Virus record (IMG/VR): IMGVR_UViG_3300037400_006508
Location: 1-64,000 of that record
DNA: 64,000 nt
Source: a virus
Lineage: Duplodnaviria > Caudoviricetes
Direction: 5' to 3' (one strand)
Shown here: piece by piece, positions 28,300-41,757 of the stretch
How positions within the stretch are numbered: position 1 is the stretch's first letter
Layout of the letters: every line of letters starts with the position of its first letter
Notes under the pieces: generated by a model
Seen by the model: only the letters and a program-made list of their open reading frames with translations
Told to the model about the DNA's origin: nothing
The model's database searches: none
Position numbers and translations under genes: made by a program

Positions 28300-31200
28300 C
28301 CAGTTCGCGGCCATGTGCCGCTCCAACCCGCTCCTGTACTCGCAGAGGATCTACGTGTGCGGGAGCGGGCGGACGATCGCCGTCGGGTGCCTTCCAGGAG
28401 AACCCGGCTTCTACAAGGTCTACGACATGGATGCCAACATCGAGAGGCAGGCCAAGTACAAGCTCGGCGAAGCCGAGGAGTGGGAAATCACGGCCGACGC
28501 CTTCGACAGCGTCGGCGAGGAACGCCCTGAATGGGTGGACAAGGAGGCAAAGAGGTATGAAGAAAAAAATAAGGAAGCTGAAGCCCAGCGAAGTAAAGAG
28601 CTCGGTCCAGTGGCTGTGGAACAATCGTGATCGCGGCGGATGCTGCCACTACGTATTGTGGGTTGAGCCCGACTTCCTCAATGGGAACGGGGAAGAGGAG
28701 AACCCGCACGCCGGACGAGAATGGTGCGCGGTGATCGGCTGGCACGACGTTGGGGAAAAGGAAGACTGCCCCGAGTCGTACCAGGACGAGCACTACGTAA
28801 TCCAGGCCGGAATCCGATACCAGGACGCGGACAACGGTATGCAGTGCGACTACGACTTAGATTTCACGATGCCGTACCCGTGCAACGAATACGGTGATGT
28901 CTACGACCTGTCGTTCGACGTTCCGCGCAAGCCGAAGGGCGGATGGCGAGCCATCGCCAAGCGCATCAACGAGGACGCGGAAGAGATGTACAGGTTCTGG
29001 AAGCAGCATGGGGGCGAACTGGAATGAAGAGTTTCGAGTTCAGATACTGCGTCGTGTCGTTCGACGACCCGTCGAAGTCGGTCTTCCTCAGGACGACCTA
29101 CCTCGACAAGCCGGAGGAGATGTGGCGCAGCGTCAATAAGGGCACATACTACGACGCCCTTCGCAAGGTCGAGGACGCCCACCGGTCAGGGGATGTCGGA
29201 GAGGAATGGAAGGACCGCGGCATGCCGACCCCGTACGGAGCTACGACGCACGAGCTGCTCAGCATGCTGAAGGACGTCGTGGGCCTGGTCCAAATCAGAT
29301 AGGAGGCAACATGAGCTACACGATTCTCTGGTGCAAACAGCCAAACAGCAACGAGCCCTGGGTGATGGAGTGCGGCGTCAAAGGCTTCTACCCTACAAGG
29401 AAGGCCGCCATGGACGTCATCCGCAAGAAGTTCAATTCCGAAATAGACGACGATGTGAAGCGGTCGTTGGACGACTGGGAGGGCGCGACTGAGGACATGA
29501 TCCGCGGTATGACCATCAACGACTGGATGATTTCCGAGTCCAGAAGTTCCATGTCTTGGATGCGGTACGGTGAACCGTATCCGGTCATGTACAAGGTCGT
29601 AAAGATCCCAACGGAAAGGAAGAAGAAATGAGACCGAAATACGATGAAAGGGTCCTGATCGGATGGGTTCTGGCGACCGACGACGGGTCGCTGCTCTACC
29701 GCGGCAACCCGAACGTCGAGTTCAAGGATCTGCGCCTCGGTAGCTTCGGGTACGAGGGGATTATCGGGGCCATGCCCATCAACAAGGCGACCAAGTGGGA
29801 GGCCCAGGAGGTCGCCAAGGTGTGGAACGGGCTCCGCAGGAAGTCGCTGGAGGGGCATGTCGGGAGCGACGGAAGGCCGCTCCCGTGCATCGACCCGAAG
29901 GCGATCGTGCATCCGGTGAAGGTCAAGATCACAATAGGAGGAACCAAATGAGCTGCGAGATCGAATTCGAGAAGCGGATCCCGGAGCTGAAGGCGAAGAC
30001 CAATCTCTTCAGCACCGTCAAGGTCTGGGACGACAACAAGGAGGAGCGCTCCGATGAGCCGGATTGGACGGCGGACTACGGCGAGCTCCTGCTGAGGTAT
30101 GGCAACGAGTATCTAGAGTCAATTCGTGATTCGGAGCCGATGTTCCAGCCGATCGACGAATTCGAGGACAGTTGGCGCGACGGTACTACGGCATGGGACA
30201 CGTTTGAGGACGCGCTTCTGTCGCACAGCTGGGAGACGACCCAATGGAAGGACTCCATGCTTAACCGGATCGAGCCGCTTTCGCTGAGCTCGTTTCAGAA
30301 CGCGGAGTACTTCAGCTATGACGCGGAGGGACACTTCGTGTTCTTCAAGGATAAGCTGTCCGTGGAGGCATGGCTCGAGGAGCACATCGACCCTATCGAG
30401 TTCGTCCAGTACGTCAACGACCTGGGAGGCTACGATGGCTAAGCCGAAGCTAATCACCAAGGTCGCTCTTGTCGAAACGAACGACACATACTGGGACCTG
30501 GTAAACAGGGCCGGTAAGCTTGTCCGAGAAGAGAATCCGGACAAGAACGTGATTTGCGTGGACGAAATCCACGTGGACCCGGAGGAGGACTACGTGTTCG
30601 TCAGCTGGTCGTACTGGGAGCCGGGCAAGGGGCTGCATGTCGGTTCCGACGTCAAACGCGGCACGTCAACCAGCTACAGGATCAACAAGTTCCTGTCGCT
30701 GATCAACAAGGACGCGGAAGTCGATCCGAACGACCGGATCCCGGTGGAACTGAAAGGGGCAAAATGAATGTACGGAATTGAAGTAGAAGGAGGATACCCC
30801 GGGTATCCGAATTGTACGAACTGCGACCACCGGGAGGTGATCGATGGGGTTCCGTACTGCACCGCCACCGAGAGGGGCAACATCCGGGAAATCTCGAAGA
30901 TGTCGGAGAAGTTGTGCTGGATGATCGACGACGGGTGCAACAAAGCACCGCTAGACAGGGAGGAAAACCGATGAAGGTCTACAGGGTGCTGATGGGGTGC
31001 TTCGACATGTCCGAGGAGGAGATGATCCTCACCCTGTTCCCGACGAAGTACAAGACGTTCGCAAAGGCGAAGAAGGCCATTCTCTCCGATGCGGAGGAAT
31101 ACAAGGAAGGGTGCGGCTACGGAAGCATCGAGGAGTACGACGGTGGAGACGAGTACACCGTCGACTACGGCGGAACAGAGCACATACACTACAGGATCAT

Positions 31201-32862
31201 AGAGGAGGAAGCATGAAAACGTACAGAATTGTGTACGGCCACTTTTCAACGGGAGACACCTCCGACTTCGAGGTGTACGTTGAGCTGTGGCACGAGAAGT
31301 ACAAGTCCCCAAAGGAGGCAAAGCTCGAAATCGACAGATTCTGCGGGGAGATCGTGGAGGACGTCGTATCCGGATATGACCCGGAGGACGCCAAAGACAT
31401 ACGGATGATGTTCCACATAGACAAGTCCGACAGGAAGGTCGTCATGACGTTCGACGACTCTGAATACAGGACTTTCAAAATCGTTGAGGAGGAAGCATGA
31501 ACGACTACTACTGCGCGCTTGGGTATGTGACCAAGCTGAACATGCGTCGCGGGGCGCTTATCGAAAAGATCGAGGACCTTATCGAAAAGGCGCGTGAACG
31601 CTATGGAGACGCGAACTTCTCTGGAGCCACCGCGGCTCTGAGGAGCATCCAGAAGCTTCTCGACAAGGAGCTTCCGAAGAAAAAGGCGAAGAAGTGAACG
31701 GATCGGAATTCTACAAGGCTCTACAGCCGGCCTATGCCAAATGGCTGGAGTCCATGGACAAGGCAGACGCCATCAACATGGCGGCCGAGATCGCGTTCGT
31801 GAAGGAGGTCATGTTCCTGATGGACGAGATGGTCCTGGATGTCAAGGTTCCGGACGACATGGATCCGGAATGGTTCCTGGACGAGTGTGTGAACACGCAA
31901 CAGTGTTCCGACGATTGGTACGACATGTTTGCCGGATATGAGTACTTCTACTGCCTCGTTGACAACCTGTCCAGGGGCTGGGAACGGTACAAGGACGAAC
32001 ACGGGAGGAAATTCGATGACGAAGAAAACCACTAGAGAGGCATGCCGGCTGGCGAACGAGGAGGGCGACCAGACCCTGTGCGAGCAAGAGAACTGCCCAT
32101 GGTACGGAGACCCGGACGGATGCAACCATCCGACGAGGAACCGCGACGAGGCACCGTACGGCAATGCCGCGGCCATCAGGAATGCCTTGGAGGATCTAGT
32201 CTACAACATCGAGATCAGGTCGGCTGCGTACGACATCTTCTCGATCGTCGACAAGAAGACGTGGCTCGACGCAAAGGCGGCTCTGTCGGAGCCGGCTCGC
32301 AACTGCGACAGGTTCAGGAACGAAACCGAGGCCGAGGACGCGTACATCAAGGAGCACCCTAACGAAGACGAGCCGGACGCGAACACGTACGGCGGGTGGC
32401 TTCTGCACACGGAGAAGAAGCATGACTAGCGAAAACCAATGGAACCGGATCGCCGACGAAGACATCTTCGTCGTAGACGACAAGTCCTGGCTCCGCACGA
32501 AACGGGCGAAGGCGCTGAAGTCGCACTTCGACACGTTCTTCAAGATGCGGTACGACGACAAGCCCGAGAAGATCATCGACGAAGCGTGGTTCATCTACCT
32601 GGTCCAGATTCTAAGGGACGTCGTGTTCGACACCGGCATCGCGACCCACGTGGATTGGATCCCTGAGAACTTTACGAAGCTCCCGTTCGACAAGGACGTC
32701 GGACCGGTTCTGTTCGGGAAGTTCATCTCGTGGTTCACGGGCGAGAGCGCCGGCGACGTATACAAGATGGACGAGGACACGTCGGAGACGGTCCAGGCCG
32801 GGATGTACGAAGTTGCAAAGGACTGGTTCAAGTATCTGAAGAAGGACAAGAGAAATGGATGA
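28274..32862 (+). CDS. Run of small hypothetical genes, including tandem paralogues 30971-31216 and 31213-31500
   Basis: Coupled ORFs with RBSs; the paralogue pair shares the MKxYR start, a KYK(T/S) motif and an EEEA end. Confidence 0.55.
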
Positions 32863-33250
32863 GATCCTCGATATCGCGGCCATTGCCGTCATCGCGTACA
32901 TCCTGTGGCTTCTTCTCAGGAGGAAGTCTGACGCGTACATCTACGTTCCGGAAGGGACGGCAATGGCCGCCTGGCAGTACAAGCAGCTGCCGATGCACGA
33001 GTGCAAGTTCTGCGGTTCTCACGTGAACCTGAACCGGCACCATGTCATCAGCCAGCTGGCCTGTCCCGAGCGCAAGAATGATCCGGACAACCTGATCGTA
33101 CTGTGCCGCTCGTGCCACCAGGTGGTCGGGCACAAGAACAACTGGAAGAAATTCAATCCCTGGGTCGGGGAGATCTGCGAGAAGTACGGCGGACCTCCGG
33201 TCGATTCAAGGGAGTGGAAGGAACAACATTCAACAAAGAAAGGGGAATAG
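32855..33250 (+). CDS. HNH endonuclease with N-terminal hydrophobic segment
   Basis: CKFCGS..NLNRHHVI...NLIVLCRSCHQVVGH. Confidence 0.8.
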   Translation: MDEILDIAAIAVIAYILWLLLRRKSDAYIYVPEGTAMAAWQYKQLPMHECKFCGSHVNLNRHHVISQLACPERKNDPDNLIVLCRSCHQVVGHKNNWKKFNPWVGEICEKYGGPPVDSREWKEQHSTKKGE

Positions 33251-33414
33251 GATGGGAAAAACTTCAAAGGAGTACTATACCGAGACGTTCGAGGGCATCA
33301 GGATGTTCGGATGCGGTGTCTTCGGCATGGTGTCCAATCTTGTGGAATGGGGCTACGGAAAAGCCCGCAGCGTTGTTTTTAGCGGCAAGTCTAAGCGAAA
33401 GGAGAAAGTGATCG

Positions 33415-33936
33415 ATGTCGAGGAAGCTTCAATCAGGGAAGGATAACATCCACAAGGTCGTAAAGGTTGTAAAAAGGGATATCAAGTGCCTGGAATCCGA
33501 CCTGTATGAAAGGTTGAAGAAGACCAACGACATACTTGTCGGCGTCGACGATCTCTTCGGATGCGCGATCATCTACGCCCATTGCACGTTCGACGAGATG
33601 AAGATCTTGTACAAGAAGATCTACGACCAGGACAGCAAGCACGACGAATCTCTTGGATATTGCTTCCACGGTCCTTTCCGCAGAGGCATGGCCATGGCTG
33701 AATTCGTCTGGGTTAGCTCGGAGCGCAACGAGCGCAACGACGCCGTACCGACCTTCATGCACGAAATATCCCATATGGCGGACAACATCATAACGTCCGC
33801 CTGTGTGAACGACAGAAGCGGTGAAGTCCGTGCAAACATCGTAGAAAGGGAGTCAAGGAAGGTCCTACTCCATTTCTTCGGCATAGACTGCGCACCGGTC
33901 ATTGGAGAAAAAGAGACAAAGGAGGCATTCGAATGA
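33415..33936 (+). CDS. Putative HExxH zinc metalloprotein
   Basis: TFMHEISH followed by a downstream E (GEVRA). Confidence 0.5.
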   Translation: MSRKLQSGKDNIHKVVKVVKRDIKCLESDLYERLKKTNDILVGVDDLFGCAIIYAHCTFDEMKILYKKIYDQDSKHDESLGYCFHGPFRRGMAMAEFVWVSSERNERNDAVPTFMHEISHMADNIITSACVNDRSGEVRANIVERESRKVLLHFFGIDCAPVIGEKETKEAFE

Positions 33937-34691
33937 CAGCACCTGGATTCGTGAAAGGATACAGCGTACCGCCGCCATCTGGAGACAAGGTTAAGCCTTG
34001 GATCGACTACAAGGCTGCGAAGAAGGCCGAGGAGCGAAAGCACGACGACAAGGTCGCCGAAGCCGAAAAACAGATCGGCATCGCTGCGGGCGCATCGAAG
34101 GACGCTCCGTTGGTCGAATCGGCACAGACGGTCGCGAGGAAGCTCGGCGCATACGGTCCGGTGACGATCGACGACGTGATCCGGGAGATGGAGCGTCTAG
34201 GATGGAGGAACATCCGCGGCACAGAGGGCGGAAAGGCCAAGAACTGGAAGGGTTCCGTGTTCGCAAGCTCGGAATGGGCTTGCGTCGGATCCATCTCGTC
34301 CAGGGACAAGACCGCCCACGGACGGCACGTCCGCCAGTGGGCCCTTAAGTCGTGGCTGAAGGACCACCCGGTGAACGGAACCAACAGCGAGGCGTCCGCG
34401 TTCTCGCTGTGGAGGCTGTACCAGGAGGCCGCCCACTTCTACCCGGCCGGCACGGAACTTGCTTTCATTCTGGGCAGGTCTATGCTAGACTCGTCGTTCG
34501 ACACGCTGGTGGCCGGAAACAACATCCGCTACCGGCAGGACGGAAGCGCAGCAAAGCTGAACATGGACTTGTACGGATGCAGGGTCTACGTGGTCAACGG
34601 GATCGGCGCGACCGTCATGCCGGTGCGAGGCCTCGAGAACGAGATCCGCCAGATCGGCATAGAACACGACATCGCCAGCAGAGAAGACTGA
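33933..34691 (+). CDS. Hypothetical protein, possible winged-helix N-terminal domain
   Basis: GPVTIDDVIREM...KNWKGSVF...HGRHVRQW. Confidence 0.4.
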   Translation: MTAPGFVKGYSVPPPSGDKVKPWIDYKAAKKAEERKHDDKVAEAEKQIGIAAGASKDAPLVESAQTVARKLGAYGPVTIDDVIREMERLGWRNIRGTEGGKAKNWKGSVFASSEWACVGSISSRDKTAHGRHVRQWALKSWLKDHPVNGTNSEASAFSLWRLYQEAAHFYPAGTELAFILGRSMLDSSFDTLVAGNNIRYRQDGSAAKLNMDLYGCRVYVVNGIGATVMPVRGLENEIRQIGIEHDIASRED

Positions 34692-35078
34692 AATGTACAC
34701 GGACTTCAAATCGCTGAGGAAGGCGTACGACAACGACGAGCTGAGCGTGTGGGAGTACCAGAAGTACTTCTCCGGCCTTTTCGGTACCGTCAACCCGGGG
34801 TACCCGGATTTCAGCGACCAATACGTCAAATCCGTCTGCAAGGCGGCCGATCCGGACCGAAAAGGCTCGCCCAGCCAGCCTAGATGGATCATCGTCATGT
34901 TCGAATGCAACACGTACGGTGAGATAGTCCGTCCGCTTGGTGCGTCGTCGTTCCGAACGAAGACCGACGCCATGTCCTTCTTGAACAGGAAGCAGCAGGA
35001 AGGCGGCAGGTTCATAACATCGTCGTCGCTTGTGTCCGAGTACAGAAGATACGACATGTTCAAGGAGGACAAGCTGCA

Positions 35079-36515
35079 ATGAGCCCATTCATGGAAAGGC
35101 GGAGCGAACGGGTGTCAAAGCTCTATGAGTCCCTCCTTTCCATGGAGGGAATGACGGCATGCTTTCCCACGAAGTGGTGGCCGAACGCCGACATACCGGA
35201 ATTCGAGCCGCTGCATCCCGAGGTGTGCACGGACGTCGACAAGATGTGGAGGTACGCCCTGACGGCGCCATACTGCCAGGGATCCACCGTGAAGATATTC
35301 GACAGGAAGTCCGTGCCAGCCATGGAATCGGTGAACACCGACTGGGAGTCGATCCTGCAGGGGCTGAACCATGTCGGACGGCCGTCCGGCGGAGGCGAGT
35401 TCATGCGTCCTACCGGAAGGTGGACCATGGACCTGGTCAATACGCCGGACGGCTACAGGATCCTGGAGGCCGCGCATGCCCTGCACCACATGAGGGAGCT
35501 GGCATGCGACGGGCCGGACGGGTTTCTGGAATGCCTGGCCGAGATCGCGTTCGCAAAGCGGTACGGAGTCACGTTCTGGTGTCCGACGGAGGAGGACATA
35601 CGAAACAGGTTCGACGGGTCGTACAGGCACGCCGGATCCTGGTTCGACTCCGAAGGCGCCAGGATGGTGGTGTCCACCAACATACGAAAGCCGTGGCTGT
35701 CCGTAGGCGCGGTCGGACAAGGAGGGCTCGAGTTCGGAAGGACAAGGGTCGCGATACTGTCCGGCATACACCTGGAGCCGCAGCCGTGGAGTACGCGTGA
35801 GGACAACCCGAACGACGCGGACGAAACGTGGCTGGAGATGAACAGATGGTCGTGCCTGCCGTCCATCGTGACGCTGTGCGGCTGGATGTTCGTCGACGAG
35901 CTGCTGAAGATGCCGCTTGTCGGAAGATACGGGGATTCCAGCCGCGGAGACGTGATGTTCACGTGCCCCGTTACAAGGCTGGACGGTCCGTCGACCATCG
36001 ACGAGTACATGTCGGAGCGGTCCGTGCTGGAGGACAACGACCGAGGTATCTGGAAGCTGGGATCCTTTATGGAACACCGGCTTCCGGTCATCGAGCGTTG
36101 CATACCGCCGTTCCCGTGCATGGACTGCTTCAGGCTGAACATGGCATCTGAAGGCGCTCCTACGAGGCCCATGCATGCAAGGCCGGAAAAGGGCTCCGGC
36201 GATGCCGAGGCGGACGCCGAATGGAAGGCGTACGACGACAAGGTCGCAAAGATCGTCCGTGTGGTAGAGAAGGCCTGCGCGTTCCACGACATAAGGTTCA
36301 AGTACAAGACCGGCGGCGGTGCCGAGCGAAGGTCGAGAAGATCCAAGTGGCGCAAGCTAAAGGGCCTTTCGGAGAAGATAGACAGCTCGATGCGAAGGGT
36401 TGAACGTGCATACGCCAAAAGCTTCTATTCAAAAGCGGAGGCAGAGATGGAGGCTGTAGACGCAATGCTGGAAGAAATGACTAAAACGATAGGAGGAACT
36501 AGTGAAAACGATTGA
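35079..36515 (+). CDS. Hypothetical protein (478 aa)
   Basis: Long coupled ORF; no recognised motif. Confidence 0.6.
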   Translation: MSPFMERRSERVSKLYESLLSMEGMTACFPTKWWPNADIPEFEPLHPEVCTDVDKMWRYALTAPYCQGSTVKIFDRKSVPAMESVNTDWESILQGLNHVGRPSGGGEFMRPTGRWTMDLVNTPDGYRILEAAHALHHMRELACDGPDGFLECLAEIAFAKRYGVTFWCPTEEDIRNRFDGSYRHAGSWFDSEGARMVVSTNIRKPWLSVGAVGQGGLEFGRTRVAILSGIHLEPQPWSTREDNPNDADETWLEMNRWSCLPSIVTLCGWMFVDELLKMPLVGRYGDSSRGDVMFTCPVTRLDGPSTIDEYMSERSVLEDNDRGIWKLGSFMEHRLPVIERCIPPFPCMDCFRLNMASEGAPTRPMHARPEKGSGDAEADAEWKAYDDKVAKIVRVVEKACAFHDIRFKYKTGGGAERRSRRSKWRKLKGLSEKIDSSMRRVERAYAKSFYSKAEAEMEAVDAMLEEMTKTIGGTSEND

Positions 36516-38002
36516 ACAGATCATAAAAGACATGCGGGCTGCGGCAACGGACTCGTACGCGGCCAAGATCGCGAAAGAACTCGAAGATCGCGTAGCTGAC
36601 GCCGTGACGGTCAGGCAGGCGGCAGTCTGCCTGCGGGACGACGACAAGGCGATCCTAGACTGGGCCGACGAGCTGGAGAAGGCGCTGAATCGTATAAAGA
36701 AGACGATCGGCCATCTCCAGAACGACAGCATGAAGAGCATGGCGGAGGTCCGCCGTGTTGCCAACAGCATCAAACTGTAAGGAGTTGAAATGGACGATTT
36801 CGATGAGGAGAAGAAGGCCGAGCAGGAGCTGCTCGAATTCGACAGGAAGATCTACAACGACATCACGGACGTGTTCACGAAGCACGGGCTGCAGTACCGA
36901 GACGCGCAGGCCGCGTACGACAAGCTGACCGGTATCCGGGCGTCGATGGAGGGGTTCTCGGTGCCGGGGTACTCTTGCAAGCGGTACTTCGTCGAGAACC
37001 TCGTCGAGGTGATCCAGGATCTTGCCGACGCCATGAACGCCATGAGGAAGGGGAAGTCCGATGAGCAGTGATCCGAAGCACCTGTGGTTCGACTGGGTCT
37101 TCCTGGTCACTGTCGGGCTTTTCGTCGGGGCTATCGTGGCGACGGTGCTGGACGCCATCTTCCTGTACAAGTTCACGAGAATCATCGTGGCTTGCCTGGG
37201 AGGAGGGGTCTGCGGGATCCTGGCCATGTCGATCGCGGAGGATATCAACATCGAGTTCCGTTGCAGCCGGAAGGACAAGGAGGATAAAGATGGACAACGA
37301 TCTTAGCACGCTGTTCGTGAAGCGGTTTGCCGTCGATTCCAGCCTGTCGTTGCCGAACGTGGACGCCGTGTACATCCGGACCCTTCTGGAGAACGGGTCG
37401 TACAAGGAGGCCTGCGAAAAGCTGATCGACTACTATGGGGAGAACTCCGTGACGGCTCTGAACTGGAAGATCCATGATCTGAAGGACGAGCTGGAGCAGG
37501 TCGGAAACGAGTGCTACGATCTGCGTCGAAGCAACGAAGCGGAGCACCGGGAGAAGGTCCGGTTCTGGGAGAAGGCCGAGCAGGCCGCAAGGCTTGTTCG
37601 GCGCTTCCTTGACTTCGACATACGCGGAAGTTCCCTGGACTGCATTCCGATGCGTGAGCTTCTGGAAGACGCGGAAACGTTCATCAACAATAACAAGGAG
37701 CTGCTGTCATGAAGGACATCGATGAAAACGTAAGGGACGCGGTCGATCAAGGCAGATGGTTCGCTGGCTGCAACACATGCGTCGTCGTGGACAAGAAGGA
37801 GAATTGGTGGAAGCTGATACTCCATGGCCACGAGATCGCCAACGGACACTACGACGATCATGGCAGGAAGGTGGTGGACCATGCCACGTTCGCAGGGTTC
37901 TACACCAACGTGACGATTCGCCGCCTCAATGCGATCGGGGTCGATACGAAGGCACTGGCCAAGAAGGAAAAGGTCGGTAAATACGAAGAATAGGAGGAAA
38001 AC

Positions 38003-38434
38003 ATGAGCACAAGATCAAGAATCGGGTACGTGGAGAAAGACGGTTCCGTCGTCTCCATCTACTCTCACTGGGACGGCTATCCGTCCCATCACGGGACCAT
38101 TTTGCTGAACCACTACAAGACTCTCAGCAAGGTGAAGAGCCTGGTGAAGCTCGGGGCTATCTCGTCGCTCGGAACAAAGGTTTCCACAAAGAAGCCGCAC
38201 ACGTTCGACCGTCCGCAGGCGGACGTCACTGTGGCGTACCACCGGGACCGGGGCGAAGACTTCGAGCAAATCAAGTACAATGGTGTTGACGAGTTCGTCC
38301 ACGGGGATATCGACGAGTGGGGATACCTCTTCAAGGACGGAAAGTGGTACGTCGTCGACGGAAGCGCGAACGTGGACTGCCGCAAGCTGTTCGAGCTGAC
38401 CAAGAACTTCATCAAGTCTACCGAGGCCTGGTGA
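38003..38434 (+). CDS. Conserved-type phage hypothetical protein (MSTRSRIG...YxHWDGYP)
   Basis: MSTRSRIG and SIYSHWDGYPSHHG motifs; AGGAGG RBS. Confidence 0.65.
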   Translation: MSTRSRIGYVEKDGSVVSIYSHWDGYPSHHGTILLNHYKTLSKVKSLVKLGAISSLGTKVSTKKPHTFDRPQADVTVAYHRDRGEDFEQIKYNGVDEFVHGDIDEWGYLFKDGKWYVVDGSANVDCRKLFELTKNFIKSTEAW

Positions 38435-40546
38435 TGACCTTTGACGAAGAGAAAAAGTTCAAGGAGTCCGTGAACTTCCGGCAGGTCGAGCGTTGCTGCG
38501 GAACCTGCTGGTGGTTTGACAGGAACTACGAGAACGCCGGATGCCGCCATCCGAGGCAGGCCGAGTTCGACTCGTACGAGCAGGAGCTTCGAAAAAACAT
38601 GCCGGACTATACTCCGGAAACGTACGGAGCGTACGGCGGGGCTGAAACGGACGAGGGTCACGTGTGTAACCTATGGGAGAAAAACACTAAGACCGAACGA
38701 GGAGAAAAGCAATGACACTAGACGAATGGTTCGAAAAGAACAAGTCTCCGATTGACGACGGGGACATCTGCGCCCCTCCGATGTCGGTCGACGACGCTGC
38801 GTCCGTGCTGGTCACGGAGCTGTTCGACGACGACTTCCTGATCGGGTATCCTGGCAATGCCGGGCAGATCATGACGGAGGTCGTTTGCGCGATCGTGAAG
38901 AAGTACGGGAGGAAGAAATGACCACTGAGGGTGGTGCCGAACTGACGGAGTTCGAGGAGTCCTGCGTGAAATCCATGCAGCGTCTCGCTCGCAAATGGAA
39001 CTCCAAGCCGAACCGTCTGTGGCTGTATTCGGCCGGCGGCTCGCTGTTCGTGATGCTGCACAGCGGCGACGGCAACGATGAGCCGGATCTGCGGCCGGAG
39101 ATCGACGGTGTCACCGGATGTACACACGGCGGCGGTCTGAATCCGAACAATGCCGTTTGCAAGATCGACATCGAAAACGACGGAGGTGACTGGTAATGAG
39201 ACAACCATGCCTACAGTGCCTTCTAAAGCACATCGGAAACGCGGCCGTCCTAATCGAGGAGGTCGAGGACGGCTACCCGTACTCTCACATGGTAATTGGA
39301 CACCTTGATCAGGCGGCGCAAGAGATCCGGGGCTACTCGAAGGAGTTTGCCCTGGTGATCCGGGCCCACCGGATCAAGTGGCAGCAGGACCACGACTACT
39401 CCATCCCGTTCGAGGCCTTTGACAGGTACGTCGGAGATCTAGAGCTTCTAGGGGACCTGGACAACAAGGGAATGTTCCCGCATGTGCCCGAGGACTGCTA
39501 CGAGGGGCTGGACAAGCTCGCGTCCGGCGACGGGTACAATCTAATGACGGGAGACCAGCGATGACGAAGTAACGCTTCTCGGAAAAAAGGTTGTAAAAAT
39601 GAGACATTACAAGGAAACGGTCGAAATCGACAAGGAGACCAGCGACTGGCTCAAGCACCTTCTCTCGTACGAGGAGATGACGGAAGAGGACTTCGAGAAG
39701 GAGGAGATCGGTTGGGACAGGACCATCTACGAGGAAACCGTCGAGTTCAAGGATGGGAAGCAAGCTGACATCAAGGTCTGCAGCGGGCAGCACAACCTCT
39801 GGGCCGAGGCTGTACTGTTCTCGAAGGACGGCGACGAGCTTTGCTTTACCGACCCTGAGTTCGATGGCATCGTCGGAGAGTGGCATATGCAGACCGGAAG
39901 CGCGAAGTACACAATCACCGTAAAGGAGGTAGCATGACATATAAAGATTGGAAGAAGCTGAAGATGACGATAGTTCAGCTTGAAAGCATGGCCGGAGGAA
40001 TACTTCGTCTCGATGACGTGAAAATCTTCGACGAAAAATGCCGCCACCCGTACTTCCATGTGACGTGCAGCTGGTACGAGATCGACGAGCTGGAAAGGCT
40101 GTGGAAGGAGCTTGGAAAGATTCCCGTTTCGTCCGATGACAGGCTGCAGGAACGGTTCCACGCGATTGGCGTTATGTTCGAGAAGGGAACAAAGGTCGAG
40201 GACGTGTGGCACTGGTTCGACGAGCGGCACCCGTTCGGCGTCAAGTACCTGATGTACGGTGTCCGAGACGCCAGCAAGGAGGCGACGTGAGCAACAAGGT
40301 GGAGGTAAGCGAGGAGTTGAAGGACATCTTGTCCGACGAGTTCTGCAACAAGGAATTCCTCGTAAAGGCGTTCGACAAGGCGGTTCGCAAATATGCGGTT
40401 GACATCGGTCTGCTACACGACTGGTACATTACCTCCGTGTCGCAACGCGACGAACCGGTGTGGACCGACAAGCACTTGAAAGAGCTTATGTCCGACTTCT
40501 ACCTCATACCCAGGGACATCAGCGACCGATACAAGGGATCGAAGAA

Positions 40547-40909
40547 ATGAACAAGAAGTTCTACGAGGACGCGATCCGGGACTACGCGAAGAAGCACCGG
40601 ATCCGCCTGCTGTACCCTGACCCGAATCCGGGCCGCAACAAGGGAGGGCAGTGCAGACGGACGGTCTGGCTCGGTGAGTACGACGACGGCGAGGAGCTCG
40701 CCGCGGCGTTCTTCCACGAGGTCGGCCACATCCGAGACGAGCGCACGAAGACAGGGAGGAATCACCGAGTGACGAGGTTCGAGCACGAGCTGAGGGCATG
40801 GGTCTTCGGGTTCGAGAGGATGCATGTGTTCGGAATTGACGCCACAAAGCGGATGCACCGCTACCTGACGAGGTGCCTGGAAAGCTACAACAGGGAGGAA
40901 AATCAATGA
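40547..40909 (+). CDS. Small HExxH metallopeptidase-like protein (ImmA/IrrE-like)
   Basis: AFFHEVGHI...EHELRAW. Confidence 0.55.
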   Translation: MNKKFYEDAIRDYAKKHRIRLLYPDPNPGRNKGGQCRRTVWLGEYDDGEELAAAFFHEVGHIRDERTKTGRNHRVTRFEHELRAWVFGFERMHVFGIDATKRMHRYLTRCLESYNREENQ

Positions 40910-41493
40910 TCAACATTAAAGAAATGTCGTTCACGCAGTCCCGCGAGTTCGAGGCTTACCTGCAGGCGGTCGCTTCCTTGGAGGCGGCCGCCCGCGGCGT
41001 AAACGCGGCCGCGAACGAGTTGTTCTCCTGCGAACACGGTACGTCCGAGGTGCAGGAGGACCTGCGGAAGCTGTCAGACGAGATCCGCGCGAAGGAGCTC
41101 AAGGTCATGGAACTGTGCATCAGCTACAAGACGTGCCAGGAGCTCGCCAAGAATGTGGAGATTAAACTGAAGAAAGGGACCAGGAAATGATGTACAAACA
41201 GAACAAAGACGCCGATACGAAGCTGATCAAGTTCACGGACAAGGACCCGGAGGGCCTTGGAGACACTCCTGACGTGACCATGTACGTGAAGTTCCGGTTC
41301 GACCTATCGTGGGGGCAGATCGATTCCATACACGAAGCGGCCGAATACGTGGGTTACGCCGACTTTCCAACGTTCGCCGACTGGATCGAAGCCGTGATCG
41401 AAAAGGCCAGGAAGGACGATTCGTGGAAGAACGACAAGAAGAACCGTTGGGAGTTCTGGGATCCGGACCCCTGCCTGGAAGTGGAGGTGTAGC

Positions 41494-41757
41494 ATGGCAA
41501 ACATCAAATTCGGAGACGAGGAAACCCACGAAAGGTTTCACAGGTGCGTCAACCTTCCGGTCGACGACGGTAAGATGACGTTGTCCCAGTGGATCATGTG
41601 GAAGCTGTCCGGTTACAACTGGGACGATACCGTCACGCTGTACTACGACCCGTACGAGGAGAACTGGTTCGCGTTCGTGACACGCGACAAGGACGGCAAC
41701 AAGATCATCAACGGCGGTCTCATCTACCGCGACAACGGGTGGGAGAGCCACACATGA
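41494..41757 (+). CDS. DUF4120-like small protein
   Basis: LYYDP...IINGGLIY...WESHT C-terminus. Confidence 0.45.
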   Translation: MANIKFGDEETHERFHRCVNLPVDDGKMTLSQWIMWKLSGYNWDDTVTLYYDPYEENWFAFVTRDKDGNKIINGGLIYRDNGWESHT

